Shown here piece after piece: positions 23,979 to 35,800 of a stretch of 60,343 nt of DNA. Under the pieces are notes generated by a model. That model did no database searches. It saw only the letters and a list, made by a program, of their open reading frames with translations, and was not told the DNA's origin. The first letter of the stretch is position 1; the number at the start of each line of letters is the position of its first letter. A program made the translations under genes and the position numbers. Origin of the DNA: Guillardia theta CCMP2712 (Eukaryota; Protista; Cryptophyta); assembly GCF_000315625.1 (NCBI RefSeq), contig NW_005434643.1, forward strand, positions 627,202 through 687,544, read 5' to 3'.

Positions 23979-24797
23979 ATGTCACGCTCTGTCACTGTGA
24001 AAGGCAGAATCGGCTCTAGAAGGGGAATCCCCGGCAAGCAGGTGGTGCTGAGTTTGACCACACTAGATCAATACTACCAATTCCGTCAAGAAGACGCTGC
24101 GAGGCTTCTGGTACGTCTTGTCTTTCTCCCTCTTGTCTGTCTCTTGTATCTCTCTTGTCTGTATCTCTCTTGTCTGTCTGTCTCTTGTATCTCTCTTGTC
24201 TGTATCTCTCTTGTCTGTATGTCTCTTGTATCTCTCTTGTCTGTATGTCTCTTGTCTGTATGTCTCTTGTCTGTATGTCTCTTGTCTGTATCTCTCTTGT
24301 CCCTCTCTCTCTGGTTCTTCGCTTATTTGCACTTGTTCCTGCAGGGTATTTCGCTCACGACCCTCAAAAGCGCCTGCCGACGCCTCGGGATCAGACGATG
24401 GCCGTACACGAGAATCAAGCGTGAGGACGCGTCAACCGTTGACGTAGCCAGCCAAGCCTCCAACTTGAGGCCAGCAGCTGCTTCATCAGTGAGCTCAGCC
24501 AACGATCAGAGCACTGCAGCACCATCCCAAGATGATTGCTGTGCCTCCGTCACTTCTTGTGCTTCTTGCCTCGGACTGGCTCAGTCTTGCCAACATCCTC
24601 TTGCCAACAACTCCACGTTTCAGCCAGCGACTTCACCAGACGCCTGCCCCTCCTCATCGCAAGATTTTCTTGACCCCATGACAGCCAGCACAACGGAAGA
24701 GCAGCTGCGGATCATGGGAGACTGGGAGGCGGAAGATCGAGCGCTTCTAGTGGACAACGATTGGCTCGACTGGTTTATCTGCTGTGTTAGGGACTGA
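23979..24797 (+). CDS. RWP-RK domain transcription factor
   Basis: Removing intron 24111-24344 gives LSLTTLDQYYQFRQEDAARLL|GISLTTLKSACRRLGIRRWPY; an upstream exon is possible. Confidence 0.92.
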   Translation: MSRSVTVKGRIGSRRGIPGKQVVLSLTTLDQYYQFRQEDAARLLVRLVFLPLVCLLYLSCLYLSCLSVSCISLVCISLVCMSLVSLLSVCLLSVCLLSVCLLSVSLLSLSLWFFAYLHLFLQGISLTTLKSACRRLGIRRWPYTRIKREDASTVDVASQASNLRPAAASSVSSANDQSTAAPSQDDCCASVTSCASCLGLAQSCQHPLANNSTFQPATSPDACPSSSQDFLDPMTASTTEEQLRIMGDWEAEDRALLVDNDWLDWFICCVRD

Positions 24798-25477
24798 CCC
24801 GCTGGGTACAAGCCTGACCCTAACACCATGCCCCCAACGATCCGGCAGACATGGACGTGAGCATGAGAGCTCGGTGAAGGCTCAGGCACTGACGTGACTC
24901 GGATACTCGGCGGCTTCAATTCAACCTGGACGGCTCTGACGCGTCAGCTGAGCTCTGACTGACAGCGGCGACGATTCTTGGCAGCTAGTGAAGCATGCTC
25001 CGATCCGAGCATGGTAGCTTGAGTGCACTTGGCTTGGGATTGTTTAGACTAGAGGCTTCAATGATAATAAACATCTCCATCGGATTCCAGTCGTGATCGC
25101 GCGATGCTGCAGTGTGGCGTACGGTGCCTGACAAGCACTGCACGGCACTGCACACGACCAGGTGGCCGCAGGTCCACCTGACTTACCGCGAAGCTTTTGC
25201 CTCTGACAGTTGCAGCTGGGGTTGACAAGAACAAGGCATCCATGCACGGGAGGTTTGGAGACTTGGGCTTGCGCTAGATTTTGTATGCGAGCGCCATGTC
25301 CTCCATCGCTCTACATGGTCAGTAGGTTTGTGATGCTTTCAGGATCAGATCCTTGACTGCAGCCTCGTCATCCCCGTCCGATTGCAGCCTGTGAAGTTTA
25401 TACTCCCCTCCTCTCTTCAGCATGTCATGTGCAAAGTATTTAAAAGCTGAATCAGGTGTATGCTCGCAACCAGGACG

Positions 25478-25632
25478 CGAGAAGCCAAATCAACAAACCG
25501 AGAAAGCCAAATCAACAAACCGAGAAAGCCAAATCAACAAGCCGAGAAAGCCAAATCAACAAACCGAGAAAGCCAAATCAACAAACCGAGAAAGCCAAAT
25601 CAACAAGCCGAGAAAGCCAAATCAACAAACCC
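25478..25632. repeat. 22-bp minisatellite, ~7 copies
   Basis: Unit GAGAAAGCCAAATCAACAA(A/G)CC. Confidence 0.95.
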
Positions 25633-26375
25633 ATCCCAATGATACTTGACAAGTCTCTTGAAGATGAGCCTCTCCGCATTCTTTGAATCCGAGCGGTCAC
25701 AGTCTTGTAGTCAGACTTGGGGTAAAGGTGAATCAGCATCGATACCATCCCCACCTCATTGCAAGCTACAACGATCCTTTTTCGCAGGTCTTCATAGCGA
25801 TCTACACCCATAACAGCGCAGGTCTCTTTACGATGTTCCTCGGTTCGTTGCCCCAATTCTTGATGAGCTTCCTGTCTTCTTGCTCGCTAATCGCGCCCCT
25901 ATCTCAATTGCCATCTCCTCTTCTGACCGAACGGGCAAGTTATATTCCTGAGCCAACAAGTTATTCGATATAGTTATTCGATATGCCCTTGAACCGCCTC
26001 GTGCTCGGTGAGGAGATTATGCTATATGATGATTGTTCGCACTCTTCTTTCTATCACGAAGTCTCCCTGCTCTCTGTACAGATCTGTCACAGATATACCA
26101 CACCCGATGAGTTTTAAGAAAGTCACATAATTTGTCATCGATATAATTCCACATCCCCTTTCATCGAATTCCGTCCAAGTACCAATACTCCGTTCCCTTC
26201 GGATAGACTACTCGCTCATCAGACCGGAGAATATGAAGGAGCAAGAAGTACGCAAAGAAAGGTTTACCAACCCCTGCAGTTCCTGTAATGATCAAAGGAT
26301 GTACTGGTTTGTTTGGATTCTTGTCCTTCAGGGTCTCTGGGTCCAAGTTGAATTGATCTACAATTATCTGCATCA

Positions 26376-26672
26376 AAGCAGCTTTTCCTCCTTTCTAAGC
26401 AGCTTTTCCTCCTTTCTAAGCAGCTTTTCCTCCTTTCTAAGCAGCTTTTCCTCCTTTCTAAGCAGCTTTTTCTCCTTTCTAAGCAGCTTTTCCTCCTTTC
26501 TAAGCAGCTTTTCCTCCTTTCTAAGCAGCTTTTCCTCCTTTCTAAGCAGCTTTTCCTCCTTTCTAAGCAGCTTTTCCTCCTTTCTAAGCAGCTTTTCCTC
26601 CTTTCTAAGCAGCTTTTCCTCCTTTCTAAGCAGCTTTTCCTCCTTTCTAAGCAGCTTTTCCTCCTTTCGAAG
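26376..26672. repeat. 21-bp minisatellite, ~14 copies, encoding RKEEKLL heptads on the minus strand
   Basis: Unit AAGCAGCTTTTCCTCCTTTCT with one variant copy (RKEKK). Confidence 0.95.
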
Positions 26673-27400
26673 CTGTTTATGGTTTGGATTTCTTCTACTC
26701 TTGCCAGCAACTTCGCATTTTTGGGTCAGAGACATCGTTCTCCCCTGCCACTTTTTTCTGTCGACTAACCGCATCAATCTCTTTGTTGACCCTTCCGATC
26801 CTCTCATTTACTCTGCTGATCTCCTTTACTTGTACTCGGTTGCCCTGGCGATCCCCTTATTTGCTACGTCAATCCCCTTATTTGCTACGTCGACCTCTGC
26901 AGGGAGCTCTCTTCCAGAGCAACCAAGACCATTATCTCTCACATTCCGTGTTGCGCCACTTCCTCCTTGTATCGTCAAGCAAGATAGCTCACCTTGACAT
27001 GAAAACTATCTTGACAGCACGAAGACGTTGCCGATCGCTATAATGGAGGTAAAGCATGTCAGTTCAAGCGCATGTAGCAAGAGCTTTCTGTGCGAGATGA
27101 AGGACCCGAGGCAGGCCCGGTCATTCCACCGCTCATAAAAAAAAGTTGACAGGGCGATTGGAGAGAGCGGACGGGAAGACGGAGCATGGCGCGAGTCACA
27201 ACCCGTCGAGCGATGGCGGGACGAGCGAGTTGAGTCAACAGACAACACACTACGTGAGGAGGCTGAGGCAGGACGAGCGGGCTAGCAGCCCAAGGGCGCA
27301 TAGAACACGCTGCAAGAGAAAGGTAGCAGCTGGTTGACCTGGGCCGTATGATGTAACGAGTAAACAGCAATCATTGTAGCATCAGCAGCAAGCAGAAGCG

Positions 27401-29764
27401 ATGTCGCGTCGGAAAGGTAATGCCCAGCCAGCTACGTTGTTCCCTCGTGTCCTTGTAAGGGGTATCTGGACAGGAAAGTACTCGGATAGCGTAAGCAGCA
27501 GTTATGATAGCAGCGCATATTCAAGGTATTCGTCTGTGTGGTTGATACTTGTGTTCTTGGTCACTGTTGTCATGCTCACCAGGGATAATGCGCGACCGGC
27601 ATCTAGGACGTTAGTATTTCGCTTGCTCTACTCCCCATGTGCTTACTGGAGCCGATCACAGAAGTTTTCAGCGAACAAGATCCTCTCGTAGCAACAAGTC
27701 TTTGAACGAAACTCTTTCATACCTCTTTGATAACTTTGCTTTTCCAGCTCCATGTCTTCGCGATCATCCTTCTCTACGAGGTTTTCTCAGCCTCCCCTCA
27801 AGTTTTGTCATTGAGCGCTGCACCAGGGCTTCAAACTACCAGGACGACGAATCAGACTCTTATGATTCGGTATGCTAGAGCTTCCGAATGTTGTTGCAGT
27901 CACTCTAACGTTGATCAGCATGCCGGGATCAACCAGGGGCCGAAGGTGTTGGAGATCACAGCAAACCATTCCAAGCTGCTGGTTCTTATCAGCAAATATG
28001 CACAATGTGCGCTAACAGCAGACGACCCTGAGACGTGGATAAGGTTGAAGCAACTTTGCCTATGGCATGATTCACAGAACCTATTACAGAGAAATCCCAA
28101 TCATGGTATACATCTTTGAGGGGATTCAGGCAGAGCAGCTCGATTTCGATTACTCGCCAAAGGTAGTAAGTTCAAGGCAATGATTCATATGCTGATTGCT
28201 TCGAAGCCTGTTTCCTTGAGCTACGAAGGGTCGACCAGACGCATGTTTTTGAATTTTTCTCAAGAGGGCAAGAATTGCCTGGACGATCTTCGTGTTGAGG
28301 TAGAATTTTGACGTTTGTTGATCGACCACTTGACGCGTCTCTCAGAAACTTGTCAACTGCATCAAACTCATCTCTGAAGATCAGCAGCCAATCACAGCTT
28401 ATCAGATCTCTCTGAAAGGCCTTCAGTTCCTCAAGGTTCAAAATTTATCGTTTGTTCCAAGTTTTCTCACCTGCAGCTCGCAGTCGCTGCCTAACTCTGT
28501 TTTTGATGAAGTGAACAGCTTCATCTACACCCCCAACGCCCCACACTATGACACTGAGTTGTTGACCTGCCAGTTCAACGGCGAGGAGTTCATTCTAAAG
28601 TCAAAGGCTGGATATCAGCGAATTTCAGACGTGACTACCACGGAGGATGTCAGCTATGTGTCCAGCCCTTACCTGCCCTCCATCCTCCGCACCTCTGGCT
28701 CACGTACCATGACCAGGTAATCCAACCTGACGACCCTTCTATGGCAGTGATCTCGGTTTCTTCCGCAGCAACGCTCATCGTGCGCACGAGTCGTCACAGG
28801 GCGAGTCAAACGTGCACGATGACATGAGCGAGGCGATTCAGCTGGCCAATGTCAACTTCATGATCGTCGAGTGGATCCCCTTTGGGACTAACAACGTGGT
28901 GGCACTGAACGAGAGGCTCGGAGCTCTTGACCGTTGCCAGGGAGGACTCTTCACCTCTCAGGTGGACACGAAGCCGACCAGTACAGCTCTCAAGGGCCCG
29001 GAGGACTTGACTAGCGTCTCGATCATCGACTTTGACCTCATCCACTTTATCAACTTTGAGACGGAGATCAAGTACACTGAAGCTCTGGGCATTGTGCAGG
29101 TGGAGTGCTTCGGGATGCACCTGAGGATGGACGGGACGGTTGTCAACGGCATGAAGATCGAGGCCATCATGGAGCGGCGAGCAGACAACATCTCCCTCGA
29201 CGCTCTCGCCCGCGTGTTGGTCGACGTTCAGCTCGACTCCAGCAAGATTCTCGACGACCTTCTCTCCTGGTATGACGTGCGGGCCTGGAGTCTGGCACTG
29301 ACGTCACATACCGCAGGTACCAGCGGAGCATTCTCGACGTCGTCTTCCTGGGGGACTCGCTGAACCGCAGCAAGTTCAACTGCATCTTGACTGAGTCGAT
29401 CAACCCGCGGCTGCCGGCCAAGAAGTTCCTCGACGGAGCTGAGTACGAGCTTGAGCTCCGGCAGATCCTTGGGGCCATCTATGCAGCTGAGGACCTTGGA
29501 AGTGACGAGCTGGTGCTGCTGGGAACTGACGGGATCCTAGTCATGAGCCCCAACTCCGAGCAGTTCGAGCCCTTAATCATGCACTTCCTCGATATCAAAT
29601 GCCGCGAAGAATTCATTCGCACCCTCTTCCAGCGCATCTTCGTCCTCGTCGACACCCTCAAGTCTGTTCGCCAGCTCATCCTCCAGGTCGGCTTCTCCCC
29701 TCTCCTCGCAACGTTCTTCCCTCTCCTAGTTGCTCCTCCATCTCCTCGTTCGTACCTCCCTGCC

Positions 29765-29797
<33 letters not shown>

Positions 29798-32463
29798 TGT
29801 GTGCACCTCCTTCCACTTGCTGAGGATTTTCTATCAGGTGAACGATGATCCAGACAACGTGCTCAGAATCAGGATGGCGCTGTCGGAGGTGAGATTGCCT
29901 CTCCTCTCTAGCCTCTCAAACCCAGCTGACCCCCAGCTGCTCTCAGGCATCTCGAGATCTCGTGCTGTTACAGGAGACGTTCGAGTATCTGAGGGAGTCC
30001 ACGGAGTACCTGCACCCTCCTCCCCCTCCTGACAACGCCATGTCAAAGAGACTCTACAAGGTCATGAAGCTGGACATCCTGCTGGGCTCAATCAAAGTCC
30101 GCGTTGACGACATTGAGAAAATCCTTGACGGTGCATCCAACGAACTCATCAACCTACAGCAGGTCTGTCACGTTGTTGCTCCTCGTCCTCCTCTTCTCTT
30201 CTCCCTCCTCTTCGCCATGCTCTCTTTCTCCGCCTTCACTTCTCGACCGTCTCTCCACATCTCCTCTCCCTCCTCTAGTCCTCTCCTCCTCTTTTTCTCC
30301 TGCCTGCCTGAGCTCATCTGCTCTCTCTCCTTTTATTCCAAGCTAATTGAGCGTGTCGGCACCAGACGACAGACATAATCAACACGAAGCAGCTGGAAGA
30401 CGCATACATGAACGTCGAGCAGAACACCAAATTCCTAGTGGCAGCGACGGCAGCCAACGAGAGGAGTTCCGCCTCCCTTGTCATCATGCAAGTCGTTCTA
30501 GCTGGGGGGTTCGCCTTCGATCTGCTGGACCGCAGCACGGGAGGGACTCTGAACATCGACCCTCCTGACTGGGCCATGTCCGTCATTTACGTCACGCTCG
30601 TCGACCCCCCCGGCGTTTTTTCCTAGTCAACATCGTGTGGCTCATGGCGTTTTGCTACACGCTAGTGCGACTGATGAGATGGCTCGTGGACTCAACGGAG
30701 GTGATGAAGGAGTTGCTATTGTTGATGATGTTTTTGTTTTTGCTTTCATAGTTGTTGTTTTTGTGTTCGTTGAAGTTGTTTTTGTAGAAGTTGAAGTTGA
30801 AGTTGAAGTTGAAGCTGTTATTGATGTTGATGTTGATGTTGATGTTGATGTTGATGTTGATGTTGATGTTGATGTTGTTGTTAAAGTTGTTGTTCAAATT
30901 GTTGTCAAAGTTGTTGTTAAAGTTGTCGCTGATGATGATAAGGATGATGATAAGGATGATTCTAATGAATATGATGAAGATGAAGATGAAGATGAAGATG
31001 AAGATGAAGATGAAGATGATGAAAATGATGATGAAGATGATGAAGATGAAGATGATGAAGATGAAGATGATGAAAATGATAATGAAGATGATGAAGATGG
31101 AGAGATAGATGGAGATAGATAGAGATGATGGAGATGGAGGTTGAGATTAAGACGATGAGGAAAACGAGGAGGATTGTGAGAGCTTATAACAAATTGAAGG
31201 GCGTGATGGTGCAACGGATCAAGTTGAACATGAAGTTGAAGTCGATGGACGGACTTCACGCATATCTCGGTGAGTAGCTTTTATTGAAATTCTTAATGAT
31301 TTCACTCTTCATTTCCCATTGCTGTCTTTTCTTCGCCTCAATTTCCATCTCCTATCTCATTTCTGCTTTCTTCTCCCCTGAGTTTCCTGGAACAGAAACG
31401 AAGATCATTGAAACTACTGATGTAGTCTCAACCGCCATCGCCTCCACCAAGGTCCCTTCCCCTTCTCCATTTTCCGTTTCTTTTCTGCCCTTCTCCTTCT
31501 TGCACAAGCAAGGGAGTGACTTGAACGCAGACTATCATCTGGATTGAAACTGACGAGGACAAATGGCTCGGTTCTGCTCCTCAGGTACTGTCCTCCTCTC
31601 CCTGCCCTGCCCTGCCCTGTCATGTCCTGTCATGTTCTGTCCTGCCTTGTATGATCTTTCATGCTCCTCCTTCATCCTGCCCCCTCCTCTATTATACCTA
31701 TCTTCCTCTCTTCTCCTCTCCCTCTCCCTCTCCCTCTCCCTCTCCCTCTCCCTCTTTTTCTCCCTCTCCCTCTCCCCCTCCCTCTCCCTCTCCTCTCCCC
31801 CTCCTCTTCCCCCACTCTCCTCTCCTCTCCTAACCTCTCCTGTCCTGTCTTGTCCTAACCTCTCCTGTCCTGTCCTGTCCTGTCCTGTCCTGTCCTGTCC
31901 TGTCCTGTCCTCTTCCATGTCTGCACCTGTTGTAGCTGACAGCAGCAGGTGGAGCTCATGGTAGACGATCGGTACCATTACCTCCTGTACGCTGCCTTTG
32001 AGGTGGACAAGAAAGAGAGTCACGCTAAGGACCGCGACCTGCTCAACATCCTCCTCCTCGATCTCGTCCAGTCTGGTCTGACTCTCCACCACTTGCTCCT
32101 CCTTCTCTTCTCATCTCTCCAGCAGACGCTCTGGACCGCCGGGTTGCCTTTGGAAAAGATGCAAGAGAAGGAGAGATGGAGCAGAAGATCGGTTCGTCAT
32201 CTGCTCCTCTCCTTATCTTCTCCCCGATATCTCCTCTCCTGACCTCCGCATCCCTTTCCTTACCCTTCCTAGCAAGCCATACCCCCCCTCCCTCGCTTCT
32301 TGTCTTCAGTCTTGTCTTCTCTTCTTGTTGTCTTGTTGACTTCTCGTCCTCTTTCACCTCTGACGCGGGTCATTGCATAGAACGCACGAAGCAGCAGATC
32401 GAGTCGAGGACAAAACTGGGTCTGCTCAAGCGGCTGCTAGGCAGGAAGGAGTATGACGCATGA
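27401..32463 (+). CDS. Large uncharacterised protein with wHTH-like N-terminus and CorA-like helical/2-TM C-terminal region, multi-exon
   Basis: Spliced exons KLLVLISKYA…WIR|EIPIMVYIFEGI…DFDYSP|…LNFSQEGKNCLDDLR|KLVNCIKL…AYQISLKG|…TEDVSYVSSPYLP…EWIPFGTN…, then long amphipathic helices and two hydrophobic segments at ~30475-30690; apparent 1-nt frameshift at ~30620. Confidence 0.7.
30785..31100. repeat. Intronic compound microsatellite (GTTGAA/GTTGAT/GATGAA)n
   Basis: Directly visible. Confidence 0.9.
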
Positions 32464-32658
32464 ATGAGAGAGTCTCGTCTACCATTCCCTTTAGCCTCTG
32501 CACCTCCTCCGTCACTTACCGTCTCACATCTCTTCTCGTTATCTCATCAATTATCTTTGCTGTTGTCAGTACAACCTCTTGTCTTGTCTCTTTGCTGTCA
32601 GTACAACCTCTTGTCTTGTCTCCGGCAACGTCCAGCATGTCTTGCAGAAAGTCTCAAC

Positions 32659-32851
32659 ATGTCAGACTACACCGGCAAGCCTGAAGTAGAAGCGACAGCC
32701 TGCGTGGCTGCCAAGGTGTCTGATCAATTTTAGTTATCTTCATCCCGACAAGTTCGCCTCATTTGTTTGACTGAGATTGAGGGATAAACATGGCGCGAAA
32801 GCGAACGTGAGATCTTTAGAGAAGGATCAGAGAAAGGGATCTTGATAAGAG

Positions 32852-32882
<31 letters not shown>

Positions 32883-35800
32883 CCTTCTCATCTTCTTCTT
32901 CATCTGCTCCTTCTTCTCTTCAACTTTATCTGCACGCTCTTCTCCTCCATTATCGTTGCAGATTGCAATTTTTACAGTTTCGGCCTTCTCCTATCTTGAA
33001 CCAAACTGAGCATCTAACGCCTCCATTGCGATGGTATTGTGGATTGATTCCGCCATGGACAATGTTCTTTCATTGTCGGCAAAGTACTCAACACCGAAGA
33101 TGCACACCAGGTTGAGAGGGCTCAGTAGGGGGCGATGCGCGCTGGACATGGAAGCGACGCGCATCGACATCGAGCTCGCACTCGAGGATCTCAAGAAACC
33201 TTCCGGAAAGGAGGTGGAAGGAGCAGGAGCGAGCACGAGGGAGGTAGAGATCATCCTCCTCTCCGTCGCCTCCGCCCTGCATGTAGCGGAAGACATGGTG
33301 ATAGCATGTATCCGGCAGATGGACAGCTTGCAGGGGTCGCGTCCTCGTGGAGCTGGTTGTCCTCCCGCCCAAAGAGGGTGGCAGTTGCTGTGCATTTCAT
33401 GAAGGACCAGACGTTCGAGCATCTCATCCTCCAGTGCGACAAGAAACGAGATCGCTCCCTCTTCCTCCGCTCCACTCTCGCTGCTGCCATCGGGAGGGTG
33501 AGGAGGAGCATAGCAGCGCTGGAGGGCGCGGCGAGCGCAGAGCAGCTACTCAACGGTGGGAACATGCTGATGGTAACGCTAGAGAGCCTGTCCTCCTGCG
33601 GAGACTTCGAGGAGATGAACGAGTTTGTGAGTACCGTCAGACTCCCCAAGACCCCGTCGAGCTTCGACCCCCATCACTGGATGCAAGTAGGAGCAGCAGC
33701 TGCGAGGAAATCGCTCGAGACGTCCCTGATGCTCATCGAATATCTTCCTCAGGCAAAGAACCTCATCGGCTCCGCCTCCCGGTCAGCTCCCTCCTCCCTC
33801 CTGCCGCCTTTTCCTTTCCTCCTCCTTGCTTCTCTTATTCTCTCCTCCTCCTTCTCACTTCTCCTACATCATCTTCTGCCTCTCTACACTTCTCTTCCTC
33901 TTCCCCTGCTGAAATCATGTCAGCGATCTTGGTTCTCCTCCCATGATGTTTCGCATTTGGCCGGCGGCACTGGCAGGAGGTAGAGTTTCGACAATCGTAG
34001 CTTACATGTGTTGTCTCAACTCAGCTGCTAACTTTGTTTCTACTTCCACCTCATCAATCTTCTTCTCTTGTTTCTATCCCTTCTTCTGCTCTTGTTCGTT
34101 GCAGCTTCCTGCTCTTACGCAGTCGACTTTAACCCACTGAAATTCCCCGTATTTTCCTCTCCTTACTCCTCTCCCACTTCAGGAGGTGTTACCATTGCTG
34201 CTCTGCTCTCCCTCCGTCCGGATCAGATCATGAGGTGAGTGGAGTTTGGAGCAACCAACACTATCTCCTCCTCCCACCCATCTTTTTCTTCTCACTCCTC
34301 CTCCTCCCCTAGCGGTTTCTTCGCCGTCTTCTCATCTACCTTCTCTGCTACCAAGAGCTTTGTACGGGACCACCTCGAAGGTACTCTTGTGCTCATTTTA
34401 CTCTTGTGCTCCTGCTCCTGCTCCCGCTCCTGCACTGACAATTCCTTCATTTCTTCCTTCAGAACCTGCGAGGGAGATCTACAAGGAGCTGTTTTATCCT
34501 CACGGGGATGGGCTGAATGCCTGGCGGCACCAGGTGATGATGCGAACATAGTATGATGGGGGATGTTGATGGAGAAGGGAGGCGGAGGGAGAGAGGAGCA
34601 GTACGAGAAAGAGGAGAGGAGGGGAGGGGAGGGGAGGGGAGGGGAGAGGAGAGGCAGGAAAGAGAGGATGAAATCGCTGTTCCTACAGGCTCAGATCTCC
34701 AGAGAGTCGCTCGAGCGGATGATTCATACGTTCAGTAGCAAGGTGAGTCACTTCTCCAGCTCACGTCCAGGTCACTCTCAGCTTGCAGCTCGGAAATGTC
34801 AAGTTGCAGAGAATGGATTCAAACGCTGGCCTTGACCTTGTTGCAAGGATCTATGAAGAACAGGTGATTAATTCGATGATGGTGGAAATATAGAGACGAT
34901 AAAGATGATGATGATGGAGATGATGATGATGGAGATGATGATGATGGAGGTGATGATTATGGAAATGATGATGATGGAGGTGATGATTATGGAAATGATG
35001 ATGATGACGATGATGATGATGCCGATGATGACGACGACGACGACGATGATAGTGGTGGTGGTGATGATGGGGACAACTTTTGTGTATGTGGTTCAGTGAT
35101 AGCTTCCTACTCAGATAAGTCGACCAGTCAGTAATTTATTATTCGGCGACATGTTGCAAGCACTCTTGATTCAGATGCAGGCAAATTTGACCTGCTTTTC
35201 ATCCATCTCCTCCTCCTGTTTCTCCCCCCCTTTCCCGCTTGTTGATTCTCTCCTCAGTCTCCATAATTCTACCTTTTGGTTCATGAATTTTCCCTTTCCT
35301 CTTATTCTTCTCCTTTTCAAACTTCTTCTCCTCCTGCTTTTTCTTACCTCACACATCATCCAGTCGCTCAAGGCAAACATGGAGGAAGAAGCTGCCAGTG
35401 TCCATGCGCTCATGAAAGCAAATCAGCTTAGCTTGCAGGTCAAGACATTGCTGCTGCTGTTGCTGCTGTTGCTGCTGTTGCTGCTGTTGCTGTTTCTTTT
35501 CCTCCTCTTCTCCTCTTCCTGCTTCTTCTCCTGTCCTTCTCGTCTTCCTTCTTCCCGTCATCCTAGTCCCCCACGTCCTCCTTCCCCTACCACCGTCTTG
35601 CTCTTTTGTTTGCTCTTCCTCCTCCTCATCCTTGCCTGCTTTGTTTTTGTCCTGAGCGTCCTCCTCTTCTCATCGTCAACTTTCCCTACTTCAGCTCTAC
35701 ATCGCTCTTATTCTATCTTCGTCTCCTCATTCCTTTCCCCTTCATCTCTTTCTCCATCCATGAATCTTAGCTGTCGCGCGCTGCAGATCATGGCAGCTGT

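Larger units (their letters stand above)
25050..27050 (-). pseudogene. Decayed Crinkler/RHS-type (CR) effector: coiled coil + CR-NTPase + PD-(D/E)XK REase
   Basis: Ordered motifs across shifted frames: LIITGTAGVGKPFFAYFLL, WYICD, IISSP, YNLPVRSEEEM, WGNEPRNIV, SMLIHLYP, AFKYFAHDMLKRGGEYKLHRL, KPKSPNLPCMDALF; multiple stops and frameshifts. Confidence 0.75.

Noticed and set aside
24111-24344. Apparent transmembrane segment in the RWP-RK ORF
   Set aside because: It is a (TCTCTTGTCTGTATG)-type repeat intron; removing it restores the RWP-RK domain
25478-26672. Regular repeats resembling a CRISPR array
   Set aside because: Units are head-to-tail without unique spacers, there are no cas genes, and the context is eukaryotic
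27700-28441. Minus-strand DEFD and VTAT words suggesting a decayed SF2 helicase
   Set aside because: The plus strand here is explained by clean spliced exons of the 27.4-32.5 kb gene, so the words are antisense coincidences
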